Shown: positions 29,201-41,200, counted from the first letter of the stretch. The stretch: 64,000 nt of DNA from Phoronis australis (GCA_002633005.1 NMRA01000053.1:506131-570130); one strand, 5' to 3'. Program-made: numbers and translations. The notes: generated from the sequence alone by a model not told the origin.

Positions 29201-32200
29201 TACTTCAGTGTATTTTAAACGGGCCGTGACCGGATTTGGGTTACCGATTTCGAGCTTTCACCTCGTCAAAAATACACTTAAAACTATCATTTAAGAAACG
29301 CTTACTTTCATCATTGGTCCTTTCTACTTCTACACATATCTGAAGCTTAGTTGTGAGAATCAAGTTGACTCTGGCGAAGAATTACAACTCCACTTTTTTG
29401 GTTGCCATTAATTTTGTCACCGCGTGCGCGATAACCACAAAGCATGTCAACTGAATCCCGTGAGTTAGGCAAAGGTTAGCGCGAGACTGAGCGAAGCGCG
29501 TGACTCTAGCGCGCAACACTTGTAAAATAGCATGAGAAGGTATCGGGTGAAACTTGTAAGATGTGTGTCCCTTGGACTTTTTATTCGTCAACATGCATAA
29601 TTTCACGTAACTTCCTCAAAATGGCACCCGGTAACTGAGAGAAACTCGAGCAAACCGCGACAGATTTTCATCGATTTGTTCAAGTTTTGCTGACTAAATT
29701 GTATCCATAGTCGTGGTATGTGTTAATTATAACTCCGTGTTCCTATATGTATGGTTCATTTTATTTTATTTGCCGTATTTTGAAATGAGTAACTTTTTGT
29801 CAGGATGTACTATCGCCCCTGAATGCCTGCGGCATCCAGTGCGATGTAATTGCCTAAGGGCCGTCGTGTGTGCAGCGAACATTTTCCTGCTGGAAAAAAG
29901 ACTTATGAGAACAACATTCCGACGGAGTTTCCTCTTAAAATTAACGTCTCTAGCATATCCACAGCGAAAGCTACAAAAGTTAAGCAACCCAAGAACTCTC
30001 AACTTGTCTGAAACCGGAGGAGATTTCGAAATCAACGCCGATAGCCCCAATACTGAACATGACGACAGTCGTGCCCTCGGTCACACGGTCACTGATCATA
30101 GCTACGCTGTGTTTACAAACGAGAGAGAGGACTTGCTTGGTATTATAAAGCAAAAAAAATGAAACATGGTTTTTAGTTTGCAAATCACTCCAAATGCACA
30201 CACTATCTAGCCTGCTCAAGACATGCCTGACCACAAGCTATCCCATGAGCCTTCGCGAAGGAAGTAACTCGCACATGCGCAATGCATAGTTCGTCTGCGC
30301 TGAAAATCCGCTATTGACCTGTGTATCAGTGTATTTAATGCTCGACAAAGCTAGACTGCTGGGAACATGTATCAATAGACCAGACTGATTCAGGATTTGA
30401 AAAACCCCATTCTCCATTTGGAGTTTATATTAAAAACGAGAAATTTGTAAAGGGAAGGCAATTTGCTTAGTTCAGAGCTTCATAAGAGAATCACGTGGCC
30501 ACCTTCTTTTCTTGAGTACAACTGAGTCATACGCATACCGCCGAGAGGGCGACAAAACCATTAATAAACCTTGTGTTCAGCCATTTGAATATCCAAGGAT
30601 TGCTTTACTCAATCACTTGAAGGTAAATTCCCATTGTGACAGCATATTTGGGTTTTTGAATTTAACCTCGTTACCAATAGCTATGCCCTGAAATAACCTT
30701 TTCTCTTTCGGGGAGATATAACAAAAAATTAAACTTTGAATGATTGATCTAGTTTCCAAATGACCACGATCACTAGCAAAGTGTGAGTTGGACTATGAAT
30801 CGCTACCACATCAGCTTGTCAATTATATGTTAGAAATACAACTCGCTGCGCAACATAAAACCTCAGTGGCATTTCAAATGACAAATGACAAACTAATTCA
30901 GGTGTAAAATCATTATAGTGAACAGTAATGAGAATTCGAATGTTCAGAATATCAGAAACACATAACAAGACAGGCACATGGTACTTTGGGACGTGGCTAT
31001 TTAGTTGTATTCCCCGGTAGCACCTGCTTGAGATTCATAGGGTTTCCACATAAAATCATTGCAAACTCACTGAAATCTTTGTATGTATTTGTCCATGAGG
31101 ACGTCTTCGGATACAATTGATGGTCGTCTTTGAGAAACTTGAGCAGATCATGTAGTCCAAATAAGACCAATCCCACGGTCAAAGTCAGAATCAGTACAAA
31201 GACACAGAAACAAAGACAGATATCTCTTTTCGCTTTAGGTTGGGCCACTTTCACACGTTGTCTGTCAGTTTGTTGTTGTTCTTTGTTCCGAATCTTGTTA
31301 TCAGGTTGGAGGCGTTGAAGTTTGATTGATTCGCCTTCGTTGTTAGATTGTTGATTGTTGTTTCTGTTGATGTATTGGCTGTCAGAGGATGTGTCTGAAT
31401 CCGTGTCATGGACAGCAAGAGCTGAGTATTGCACCGTCTTGTGACCTGGTAACAACAACAACAACAACAACAACACAACAACAGTATCAGCAGCAGCAAC
31501 AACAACAACAACGACGACGACAACAAACTTTCACTGCAACCAAAACACAGAAAAGTATCATTCTTAAAATATTCATTCCGTTGTGAATTGGATAAGAAGT
31601 TATATTTGCACTTTGGGACTGAAGTTAGCTCCACTATTGCATAATTATTTCATTTTTAAGTCTCAACTTTGATTTTATCCACTACTTGTGTCTGGCTCGA
31701 AAAATTAATAAAGAGCTAAATACATATTATACCACAAAAGTCTTGATATCCCTCAGTGTGCAATAACGTAAAGGATTATATTACGATCACATGACCATAA
31801 AAATAGCCACAGTCACATGACAAAAACAGAATGGTTGTAACAAGTTTTCAATTATTTCTTTAACGTTTGAAACCAGTTCACAGACGCATCTTGCTGTGGC
31901 AATAATAAAATATGTAGTCACTTTTCAGTATCGTTCCTATGCGTACTGGCCACAGGAGAAGAGATTAGAGTTAACGAAGAAATGGGGATTAGATTGGTAC
32001 AAATTTCTGCCCCTTAAAATACTCAAATAGCACAGCAACCTTGGCTAATAACACAATCATATAAAACACAGGTAGTTTAACATACTAGTCAGATAGAGTT
32101 ACAGTAGTTTTACTAATCCGTGCGGCATCAATATCAGAATGAAAACATGAAGGTTGAAACAGCTTGAAAAGCTTACTAGTTTATCTACACAATACTTTTA

Positions 32201-32254
32201 TCTCACAAGCACATTAGTACATAGAACACGTACACACCACAACTCACCTGCCAT
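10963..32254 (-). CDS. FAM234: FAM234-like FG-GAP beta-propeller type II membrane protein, paralog B, 14 coding exons, about 724 aa
   Basis: Phase-consistent join (minus): 32248-32254, 31071-31445, 28679-28810, 26865-27056, 25617-25759, 24831-25008, 23620-23773, 21323-21487, 19456-19549, 18533-18691, 18108-18135, 13244-13381, 12108-12227, 10963-11252 (2175 nt). N-terminal tail and one TM helix (ICLCFCVFVLILTLTVGLVLFGL). Repeated DxDxDG loops (DIDDDGRSD, DINGDGKDD, DVDNDNVPD, EMNKDGVPD, DLDGDGSLD), GxxGxxLW blades and an LFGSGGET motif. Confidence 0.85.
12108..12227 (-). CDS. FAM234: FAM234-like B exon 13
   Basis: atttag|...|gtaaca; VTSETIRKRHGDEGDEEVESGPADNETFCAILEPNEGVT, phase 1-1. Confidence 0.8.
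12364..12500 (+). mobile_element. hAT-like MITE fragment (CAGTGGCGGA terminus)
   Basis: Reverse-complement homolog at 54655-54805 (cagattcc.tttggcagtt.gggggtgcgaatgtctgacgg.caaaatcct). Confidence 0.6.
13244..13381 (-). CDS. FAM234: FAM234-like B exon 12
   Basis: acttag|...|gtatgt; NEYHHRPVCRDDLIAAKSLEVFLVTRLN...AKKYYY, open, phase 1-1. Confidence 0.75.
13419..15228 (+). repeat. Intronic direct duplication of about 280 bp (13419-13705 and 14977-15228)
   Basis: Both copies begin aatgttacaactcaa...agtccaaa.agctgggcc.ggtta and end ttttgggct.gaaccaac. Confidence 0.7.
16898..17364. other. Assembly gap (N run)
   Basis: 467 consecutive N. Confidence 1.
18108..18135 (-). CDS. FAM234: FAM234-like B exon 11 (28-nt micro-exon, RKKRHFGNT)
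   Basis: gtttcag|AGA AAA AAA CGT CAC TTT GGG AAT ACA G|gtatta; supplies the phase 0 to phase 1 shift needed between the flanking exons. The donor is weak. Confidence 0.55.
18533..18691 (-). CDS. FAM234: FAM234-like B exon 10
   Basis: tttcag|...|gtaaga; AVVIDGKNGSVIWSL...FVLQVRGRTRNHDNIK. Confidence 0.88.
19456..19549 (-). CDS. FAM234: FAM234-like B exon 9 (followed by a GC donor)
   Basis: tttcag|...AAG|gcaagg; TPAPGYFNDDDVLDFTSHWNHGAWKNYSSSK. Confidence 0.85.
19766..19944. mobile_element. MITE with perfect 14-bp TIRs
   Basis: aattgacctatcgc (19766-19779) / gcgataggtcaatt (19931-19944). Confidence 0.65.
20575..20960. repeat. Degenerate short-period repeat built on (tt)caactg(gcg)
   Basis: Many caactg / ggcgttcaa / tttcaa units. 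Confidence 0.6.
21323..21487 (-). CDS. FAM234: FAM234-like B exon 8
   Basis: tgtcag|...|gttagt; KGIIVPPVLVEMNKDGVPDILVSTFDG...FPGHESY. Confidence 0.9.
21669..23190 (-). mobile_element. Helentron-associated (DINE-1/HINE-like) non-autonomous element
   Basis: Terminal hairpin aacacggagtgtt next to aaacagag. Subterminal stem tgcacccacg...cgtgggcgca at the other end. Internal diverged aaatttca/aaaatcc repeat units. Homologous to 50309-51458. Confidence 0.6.
23620..23773 (-). CDS. FAM234: FAM234-like B exon 7
   Basis: ttgcag|...|gtgctt; GSLYAITVADFYRYV...DGVYEIY. Confidence 0.85.
24831..25008 (-). CDS. FAM234: FAM234-like B exon 6
   Basis: gcgcag|...|gtagaa; DHDRRSGRLFLISGAHGTIIG...KETYMPPV...VILFGSGGETVP. 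Confidence 0.9.
25617..25759 (-). CDS. FAM234: FAM234-like B exon 5
   Basis: tttcag|...|gtcagt; GKILWH...LPDVDNDNVPDLLMAHGGDPSYAPE. Confidence 0.9.
26865..27056 (-). CDS. FAM234: FAM234-like B exon 4
   Basis: ccgtag|...|gtgagt; GMTRPCYGAVVGLRGYDGKELW...DINGDGKDDCLLAGR. Confidence 0.9.
28679..28810 (-). CDS. FAM234: FAM234-like B exon 3
   Basis: tctag|...|gttagt; TKAYRVVDIDDDGRSDVVVFIH...KFCRRY. Confidence 0.8.
29862..30107 (+). pseudogene. Frameshifted THAP-domain relic, probably transposon-derived
   Basis: RRVCSEHFPAGKKTYENNIPTEF (THAP C-terminal CxxHF...PT.F signature) and, in another frame, a DHSY motif. No intact N-terminal half. Confidence 0.6.
31071..31445 (-). CDS. FAM234: FAM234-like B exon 2 (cytoplasmic tail and TM helix)
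   Basis: ttaccag|...|gtgagt; HKTVQYSALAVHDTDSD...ICLCFCVFVLILTLTVGLVLFGL...WTNTYKDF. Confidence 0.85.
31451..31525. repeat. (CAA/CAG/CGA)n microsatellite next to the exon 2 acceptor
   Basis: aacaacaacaac...cagcagcagcaacaac...acgacgacga. Confidence 0.95.
32248..32254 (-). CDS. FAM234: FAM234-like B exon 1 (start codon, ATG GCA G)
   Basis: gctATGGCAG|gtgagt; strong donor, and the phase 1 junction matches the next exon (M-A-G-H-K-T-V-Q-Y). Confidence 0.65.
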
Positions 32255-32953
32255 AGCCGTCAAGAAATGTTTTAAGCTTTTTCTGAGATTCAGGTTTCTA
32301 AATAAAGCTTTTCAAAAGTATCTTCAGCGAGCAAAGACAAGTGTGAAGTGCCTCTTTGCCTGGTGCAACAACTGAAATAATCGAGTGGCAACAGTGGCGG
32401 TCATGGCATTGCAAATCAAAACGCAAATTTCCTGCATTACAATGACGAGTTACATCATTTACGATAACTGCAAATTTGACTACTAGTGAACAAACAGGGC
32501 AAGTACTTGACACCTGAGTTGCATTGTGGGTGAATGACAGATATATGATTTAACTATTTCCAAAAAGTACACGCAAATAGATGTAACGCTACATGGTAAA
32601 GATACAGTTCACGTGTATTTGGAAAAGGTGACAACAGAAGTACAGTGTACTTATGTGGGAAGTTACCACTCTCTTCTTACTAAGACTAAAACTAAAGAAA
32701 AAAATGAACGTCCCATTTCTAGGTAACACTAATACGTAGAGAATTAGCACAATTATGCATGTCACGCTTTTCCCGGCGGATGGGTGGACGCAGGCCGTCA
32801 CTGACCGGTGATAATAGCTTTTGATGCAACTGGAGACGGGTTCGAATTCATCACTTAATCTTGACCGTACGTTTACAAGTCTAATAAAAAAAAAAACGTC
32901 CAAGGTAATGTCTTTTCTACGCTCCAGCCAGTGCTAGCCGCGAAGCCTTGACT

Positions 32954-33495
32954 TGTAATGAACTTCTGAGACACTTTCAACTGTTACACTCTTTGATTCA
33001 ATAACCTTTTGTCTCTATAGATGGCTCTCTATTGACTAGCGCTGTAACTGCTGATTCTATAAGTGCAACTCGACTCAACTCTAACTCTAAGTCGATTTCA
33101 ACTTTAACTCAACATCATCTCAACTAAATCACAACAAATATTCCGTTTCTATTATGTACAGTCTCTTACAGTGTTCTGGAATTTTTCACCAGTAAACATT
33201 ATGAAACATTTTCTGGAACTTTGTGGATTTCTGTGAACATAAGCAAGGCTCTAGAATGTTCCCGCTATGGTTCTATGTACTAATCATTTATATGATAGAA
33301 GAATGTCCTGTTGTTTTCTACTATAAACAAATTACGTTATGGCTCATTCTCCAGGAACATTCTCTAGTATTCCATGGTAAACAAGTTACACCATCACTAG
33401 CCTGCATGGCTCCATGAGACACGTCACTTCAGTGCTATCTGCTAGTTAACAAATAGAACAGCAAAATAAAACCTGTAGAACCAAAATAAGTATCA
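32954..33495 (-). mobile_element. Putative 3' LTR of the gypsy-like element
   Basis: On the minus strand the polypurine tract aggaggaggc (33496-33505) is followed directly by TGATAC. The region has TTCnnGAA-rich repeats and a candidate end ...cattaCA at 32954. No matching 5' LTR is visible, so the distal boundary is uncertain. Confidence 0.45.
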
Positions 33496-33505
33496 GCCTC
33501 CTCCT

Positions 33506-36500
33506 GACAGTACAGCAGCAAATTAATATGAAAAATACAGTAGAGTAACAAGTACATGAACATCTCCGCAGCAGTCGCACGGAGCACCGCACAATCTCCC
33601 AGAGTGATCACGAAAAGGCACACTTGATAAGAGGCGTCGCTGCATTCTGGGCCATGGCGACTCGCTAAGTGATGTTAGTGGCATCAGATTCGTGACGAGC
33701 GATAGTCTGATAGCGAGAAACGATGGAGAGAAACGTCGACACACGACAACTGACTAAAAATATTCCTAAACAGTGAGACATTCTCGAAAGCTTGTACACA
33801 AGGCGTTCTGTCTGTAAGTATGATAGCAGGATGTGCTGACTGAATCAGATAGAGGCTAACATTTTGGCGGAGGCAGCTATGACAACAGCCTGAATTTCGC
33901 ATGCGAGCCAGGTAAGCTGTCGTGATTTTAGTTTTGCTCTGAAAATACCGAAGACACGGCGCTTGTCTCCAGGAGAGAGATATAGCTTGCCCGCGATGCC
34001 TGTGTGTTTGGGGCTGGCGTGGGTGACGATCCATGGCTGGTCGTCTGGTTGGGGTAGAGTAACAGTGGTCATTGCCTTCTGGGATTATGTGAAGGCAACA
34101 TGTAACTCATCGGTCCAGGCAATGCGGTCTTTTGATTTGCTACCAGATATAGCAGTGTCCAGTGGGGCGATGAAGGAGGCGCAGTGAGTCATAACTCTCA
34201 ACATAACTTTCACGACTCCTATGAATGATCTCTACTGTAAAACAGAACTGGGTTTGGCACAAGACGAGAGACAAGCTAAGCGATATTCGGCTAGCTTGTA
34301 AAGTACCCATCTCCCAAATTCAGCCGAGGACTGTCTTCGAAGAAGGGAGGCAGAAACTGCTTTTCGGCAAGGCAGACAGCACCTTTTTCCAGTTGGTAAT
34401 GAAGCCTGTGATAGTAGTCGTCGGCAAGCTTGGTGACGGCTCCTTCTCCCAGAAGCTCGCCCAATACACGACACGTCAACTCTTCCAAAGCAGTTTTCGA
34501 TTCCTCCATGCCCATGGCTCAACGTTCGTCGATACGGATACCTCGGAGTGGTGTGGATACATCACAGTATTTCATGAAATCTGGTGACAAAGGAATTTGA
34601 TAGAAAGCATTCGTAAGATCGGTCTTGACGATGAACCTTCATTGAGCAATCTTCCGAAGCACAGAATCTACTTCAGGCATGAGAAGTGATTGGCGCTTGT
34701 CGTACCGGCCGATGTCTGTTACTGTTGTAACTAAACGAAAACCTTCGTGGGGTTCCTTGACCAGAAATGAAGGATTGAGATATTCTGTTGTAATACCAAA
34801 ATGTTATGGACGGGCGAATATTCCGAGAAGCTCCAACTAGTTTTTATTGCAGTTCCAGGAGCTTGCCATTGAAGTACTGGGGGAGGCGACCTTTCTTCTG
34901 TGTAAGATGGGTAGGACCTATGTTGACAACTACTTCGAATGGGCGTGCAGGGCCATTGTACTCCAGGTTTTACGAATCGAATACGTGAGTGAATTCGCGA
35001 TACAGGACGTGATGCCTGTACCAATCTGCACCATGCAAAATATGGTCGGGATCAACTGCTACAAAACTATAGTGCTCTAATGTAGGTTGGGTTGGTGGGG
35101 TACACTGGGTGACTGTCGGCGATGCAGCTGGAACCTCTGAAGAAGTGAACACGGCGGCGTGCAACTGGCAAAACTGCTCATTTCTTCGCAAAATATCGTG
35201 GTTCATAGGTGCTGTTGAGCAATCGAATCTAGTCATCAGTCGGGGTAAGAATGGCGGATTGTGGCCATAACTGGGAAACACCCGTAGAGCGGAGGCTGAT
35301 GCTGTCGGTGGGAGGTGGCAATATCTTGTACAGGATCGGTGAAATCACACGGGACCTGGCGTGAGAGGGAACACGTAATATGTGGGACCATCGCGTTGTG
35401 GGTCAAGGGGATTTTTCAACCAATTGGCCATAGCGTAATAACCCTGTGGACAGGTAGTACTGAAATGCCATTGTAAATCATTGAAGGGGTTTCTGCAAAT
35501 ATGTCTTTGTCAAGGCACTCGTTAACAAGACCATCGAAAACGAAAGAACGCTTGTGAGGTGTCAATACAAGTCGAGTTTCCCTCCACAACCTGTTGAGTA
35601 GATGTACCGTCGGCTTGGAAGGCGGTATGGGAATTTTTACGAACTTTCGCGCCCAACGAAACGGCACACGTTGCGCTAACCTTGTTTCCTGTCGCACCAC
35701 ATTCAAATGTGAAAGGCACAGGGTTTTGACCAACAAACGTGTTAAGATAAAGAGACTGGACTAAGTGGACTCGAAGCACGAGAGCACTCGTCGTAAGAAG
35801 TCGTGTGTTGTGAAGATCCTTCCTCAGTGGGGTCGTCAAAATCGGCAGACCGTGTTTTGAAAAGGCGCGTTTGTTGTCTTGCGTGAGGAACAGGCACCAA
35901 GATAAAAAGTGGTCTGGCGGAGTGCAGCGGACGACGGTACATAAGACGCACGACGGAGTTCTACGGCGGCTATGGGAGTTGTCTTAGATCTGGTTGTACA
36001 CATGGAACGAGTGACCTCGACGTTCTTAAGTTCATCAAGTTGTGAGTCCATAGCTTGAGAAACTTCACTCTTGATGGAGGCAAGGGACTTGTTGCGCAAT
36101 TCCGTGCCACATCGTTTCTTAACAAGTTGGGGGTAGACCTGGGTTCTGATCGGACCAGCTGCAACCATAAAACACGATAGTATTTTCGAGGGAGGGAGTC
36201 GTGTCTTCGTCGATGTCGACAGCTTCGCCAGGATGCGTTACGCCACCGTACCCGACGGTAATCCTTGAAAAAATGCAGTGAGACGCAGGAATACGGGTCT
36301 TTAGAACGTGAACTGGGTTACAGCAATACGAGTCCCAAATCTCAGAAAAGTTTTCCTGTGGATGCAAAGCCGGAATGTTGTGGAATTTTCTGGCAAATGT
36401 CCTGGACGGAGGTGAATGACATCGCAATAGAATTGCGGGATATGACTGGACAACAACTAGCAATTTGTCCCAGCACGAGTTCTAAATGAGTCAATTTTGT

Positions 36501-36717
36501 TCATGTGGGCAGAACGCCAATGCAGTTGTGGGGTGTCTTCGGGGTCTTCGGTGAGACACCACGTATTAGAGCAGTAGCGGTTTCCTTTGGCGAACTAACG
36601 CCGTCGACAAGAAATGGCGCAAGTTCTGCCTCCAGCATTCCAGTGAGGTTACAGTCTCATTTTGGTGGGTGTTCACTCTTTCTGAGCTCTGTGGTCGTAG
36701 CCATTTCGCTGCCACCA
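33506..36717 (-). mobile_element. Decayed Ty3/gypsy-like LTR retrotransposon (gag-protease-RT-RNase H remnants, integrase deleted)
   Basis: Frameshifted fragments: gag-like PQLVKKRCGTELRNKSLASIKSEVSQA; protease-like LNTFVGQNPV...GATGNKVS...QADG; [35 protein letters not shown]; RNase H TLPQPDDQPWIVT...WLACEIQA...ILTDRTPCVQAF. PBS TGGTGGCAGCG at 36707-36717. Confidence 0.85.
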
Positions 36718-38158
36718 CGCCCGATATAATAAACAAGTTTATCGGGTTTAATTCTTACACAATAATTTCAAAATGAATGAGAATAGTGCTCAGTGCTATA
36801 TTTCAGAATGGGCCTATCACACATGCAGCCTCCTAGCCTTGGTGCGAAACAGCGTAGGCCTAAATATTACCATATGGTTAGTATTCAATAATCCATCTAG
36901 CTGGCTGGCTAACAGCCTCCAAGCATAGCCCAACTAGCCAGTACAGTAGTTAGCCGGCCGGTTAGCCGGCATTTGAAAAAGCTCACTTAATCCCAACCCC
37001 AAGTTACCTTGACCAAATTGAGTCAACCACCAGTGCTGAGTCAACCCTCACATACGGCATATGGCTCACTGATCTTCTGGTAGGAACAGGTTCACAACAA
37101 CTGGTGAGTTTTATCTTCGTCCCTTTCACGCTTAATTCAGTCCAGAGCAATGACCACAAGTTCACAAGTTTGGTTCGGTCGGGATGCCATTAGCTTACAA
37201 AAATATGAATGCTAATAATAACGCGAGGCCAGTCGCATATTCACGACATTCAACTAAAAGCCAAGCGAGTACTTCCTCATAAATATTCGCCCACCACAAA
37301 GGTAGCCAGTCAGCTTTCGTATGAAAACTATATTTAGTACACAATAATGCATAAAGCCATAAAGGCCACCACAAGCGACCTGCTTTGTTTTTCTTTAGCG
37401 CCACCTTGCGCCACACCGTGAGATAAAAGCTGCCTAACAAATCCCGGAGAAGTGCTTGAATGCGCTCGACTATATTTTTGAAGCAGAGTTAGCACTACCA
37501 AAGGGGAGCCCTCTATTGGGAACTAATGAAAAATGTATCTTCACAGGAGACTGTTGTTCTCATGTTTTTTCAGCATTTTTAATGTGTTATTTGATAAAGG
37601 TTTAACTGATAAACGTTAAAAAGTTTCTTATAAGTTAAAAAACTTAATTTTTAAAATTCCGTTGCATGTATTCCACTGTACACCTTGTTCTTCTCGAAAT
37701 GAACCCCCATTCGTAGGGGATCTTGCAGAGACTTCCCACATTGAGGTCTTTGACGCTTCACAAGGGTCACCCATTAAACTTTTCCGCACCGAACTATAAT
37801 TTTTGATTTCTTTAAAGAATAAAATGACACATGGTATTGGGGATGTAAGCGCTTACTAATACTACATATAGCAATAAGGCCTATGCAATCAAATCACAAG
37901 AAGAAAATAGAAAGATGAACAAAAAATTCAGTGATTTAGTAATTGACATACACATAGGCCTACTCGAGGTTTGTATTAGTGTGGCAGCTATTCAGTCTTT
38001 CAGTTATTCACTATTTAATAAATTCGCTTCAGTGTATCATTCATCATCTGTGTAGCGCATTTAATAATCTTGTACAGCTGTTAAAGGTGTTTTCAAGGTC
38101 AAATTACACTGTGACGGTTAATTCAATCGACCGTGTGACCCGTGGAGTCATCAAAGGA

Positions 38159-38164
38159 TATAAA
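38159..38164 (+). promoter_or_regulatory. Putative TATA box of the candidate peptide gene
   Basis: TATAAA about 75 bp upstream of the ATG at 38239, with no ATG in between. Confidence 0.4.
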
Positions 38165-38238
38165 CAACGCCATACTGGAAAACAGACTACAGATCGAAAG
38201 ACTAATATTTTGTTGTGAAAGTGGTGGAAAACTGAGAA

Positions 38239-41200
38239 ATGTGGAAGAATTTGGTTCTTATAATTGTATATTTAGCGATTGCACTTCTGATGGTCGCAAT
38301 GGTGGCGGAAAGCTTCAGTGTGGAACGGACACAGACACGTCGTACGTATTAGTGATTCGGTACTTTGACCACTACTTAGGTTTACACTGCTGTAGCTCTG
38401 TTGCAACACTTCGCGTCTAGCCACTGTGTCTTCTACTTATACACGTCTGAGTAGTTTGTGTGGTTATCTCAATTACGAGTTAGGGCAAAACATGAAAATT
38501 CATTTTCAGTAAATAATGTTATAATATCGGAGACCATTAGAAACAACAAATACACAACACTGTGGTGGATTTAACGCATTCTGTATACAAGCGGTGCTGT
38601 AGTGATACATATACTACTCGAATAAATTAAAATTCTGGTGATTTTTTATGAAAATTATCTTTAGAAACTTCACTGGACTTTATTCTGACGCCTTTGACAA
38701 GGCAAAGTTGGTCAGTCTGAAATTCAGAAACTAATTCACAAAAATACATTCCCTAGACGTTTTCATTTCCTTGCCGCGCATTTTAATCAAAAAGTTTACT
38801 TGCACAAAGCCGTTATCATATATTTTTGTGACTGCCGGTTCATACTTGAGATACTGCTCAATATAAAATTATGCGGCCACAGCACCTGGGTCCCGTTTTT
38901 GAATGGTCCTAAATCCGGTCATAACTGACACTGTAGACACGGTTTTGCAAGTGCGACGCTGCGATTCTTTTAAGTGAGAATCGTCACAACTGCCTTTAAA
39001 GTTGCCAGTTTTTCATTTTCAATGTAAACGACAGTCTTTACGAATCACGTTAATGAACTGTGTGGAAATTAAACTTGAAGTTACTATCGTCTAAATAAGA
39101 GCTGTCTTAGACATTTCATTAAACAGGCCCCCAAACGTCTTTAAATTCGTTAATCAAGTTTTTGATATTGTACTTTCTGTGAGATTTTTGTCTCAAAGAG
39201 TTATCTTCTTAACGAACAAAATGTACCGCCGTCAAAATGCGAAAGCATGGTCCGCAACATATAATGATAGAAAATTTGATCAGTTGGATAGTGGTGTAAA
39301 TTACATGTTAAATTGCAGGTAGAGGGTGAGTTGGGGAGCACATGACATAGACTTGCCCGAACGTCATCAACCTACATTTATATCACATGCATTACCGGCT
39401 GGGAACAAATCAAGTTTGGGGTTACGAGACCATTTTCACGTGTACACTTCAGGTTGACCAAAACCATTCTGCGAAATTTGGTGTTTGGGATAAGAATGAT
39501 CATAATTTTAGAGGATTTCAACCTGCATCGAAATTCGTTACGATTGGCAATACATCTTTTACAAGATTTGTTGACAACTGGCGAAAATTATTTAATGCAT
39601 TTAGACTGGCCATTTTCATCAACGCACAAACATGTAATTTGGAAACTAATAAACTCATGACATTTTGAGTTAGTTCAAACAACTACGTGTTGAGCTGCAT
39701 GATTGTTTTTAAAAAAGCCAAGGTGTTTTAAAACGGCTGACCTTGTATATTCTTAAAGCAAGGGTATTGAAAACAGGCGTGCTAACGCGTTATGCAAAGA
39801 ATGTATGAATGAATAGGTAAATAATGCTTATCAAATGCAATAAAAACTTGATTGATTGATTTTAAATCCGCTCTATTCAACGAGAAATTTTCGGTGATTC
39901 TAGAGGGCATACGTACAAATGCCGTGTACATGCCCCACGTGAGTTTGGGGGGGGGGGGTTACTTCATTAAGACACTTTGAGAACCTAGGCATATTAACGA
40001 GACATTCTGGCTGATCTACTATAATGTAACCACAATATCACACGGAAAGTATCCGAGTAAGTCGTAAAAACGGCATGAGGACAGCCTTTTTCTTAATTGA
40101 TCGTGCCTGTAATGCCCCCTGTCGCCCACTGAATCCGTCACGTAAGTGTAGCTGTTGCAGTTTTATTGTTTAACTTGTCAAAATAAAGAAACTTGTTTAC
40201 GGCAGTCGATACTTGGCACAAATATGTAAAACTTACAGATAATCCTAAAAGTCACACCTGACAGCCTAATCCACTCAGACAGTGTTTCACGTACACTTCA
40301 CATTTCGTGAGTGACGCTTTCCTGGAATGGTATTAAAAAGGTATACCGTTCGTCGGTCGAAAATACCGATAATTTTGCCATTAATACATGTATGGCGCCA
40401 GAGGGCAGCACGAACACTAGTATTGAAGCTTGCCTATACAAACATTCATTCTTCCGATTCCGTTCATTGCTGTTATACTGTTCTTATTTCTCACATTCTT
40501 GGTGGTCGTGAGTCGCATGTCTTGATGTCGTGGCACTTTTACGAAGACGTGTGATTTTAATTGACGATAGTAAAGTCTACCTACTTTGACACATTGAATT
40601 CTCTGTTTACTCTATTTTATTTTCCTATACATGTGGCTGTCGATGCCCATGTTGTTTTTTCCATTACAGGGTGTGCTGCTCGAATTTTCAATAATTCAAT
40701 AATTTTTATGAAAATGCTGCCTTCCTCCTAATACACCAACGTTCTGAGACCAGTTTTAAAGGCGGTTACTTAAGTGGTCTAAATCCGATTTAAATTAACT
40801 TTTATCTTCTTCTGTTTTCAGATGAGCGGAGTGCGGGAACCTCGGGTAGGTGGCACAGTAGGACAAAGTCCAACAGAAATAACGCTTGCTAATGATGATT
40901 ATGGCGACGACTATGATGCTGGTGGCTATGTCGATGACAATGTCACATGTATACTGCTTAAATCTCATGCAACACCATGTTTTGGACCATGCATTGTTTT
41001 GGGTCATGTTTTGGATCGCCGTGGGAAGTTTTCGTTTTGAATTTTAGTTCGGCGAGTTTGTGGAAATTAAGAATCCACTGCTTGTTTTGCTAAACGTCGT
41101 GCACCCGCGTTGTTAACTAAATATGGTGTAACAGTTTTGATTTGTGTATGCTGGAGCGATCAGTAAAGCGCATGGTTTATGAATATGTCGGGTCGTTAAA

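Noticed and set aside
31251-31634. Poly-Leu/Cys/Gln/Thr ORFs
   Set aside because: They translate the intronic (CAA)n microsatellite; the real exon starts at 31445.
40822-41040. 72-aa ORF MSGVREPR... as an independent gene
   Set aside because: Its ATG sits directly after a strong splice acceptor; it is better explained as an internal exon read in another frame.
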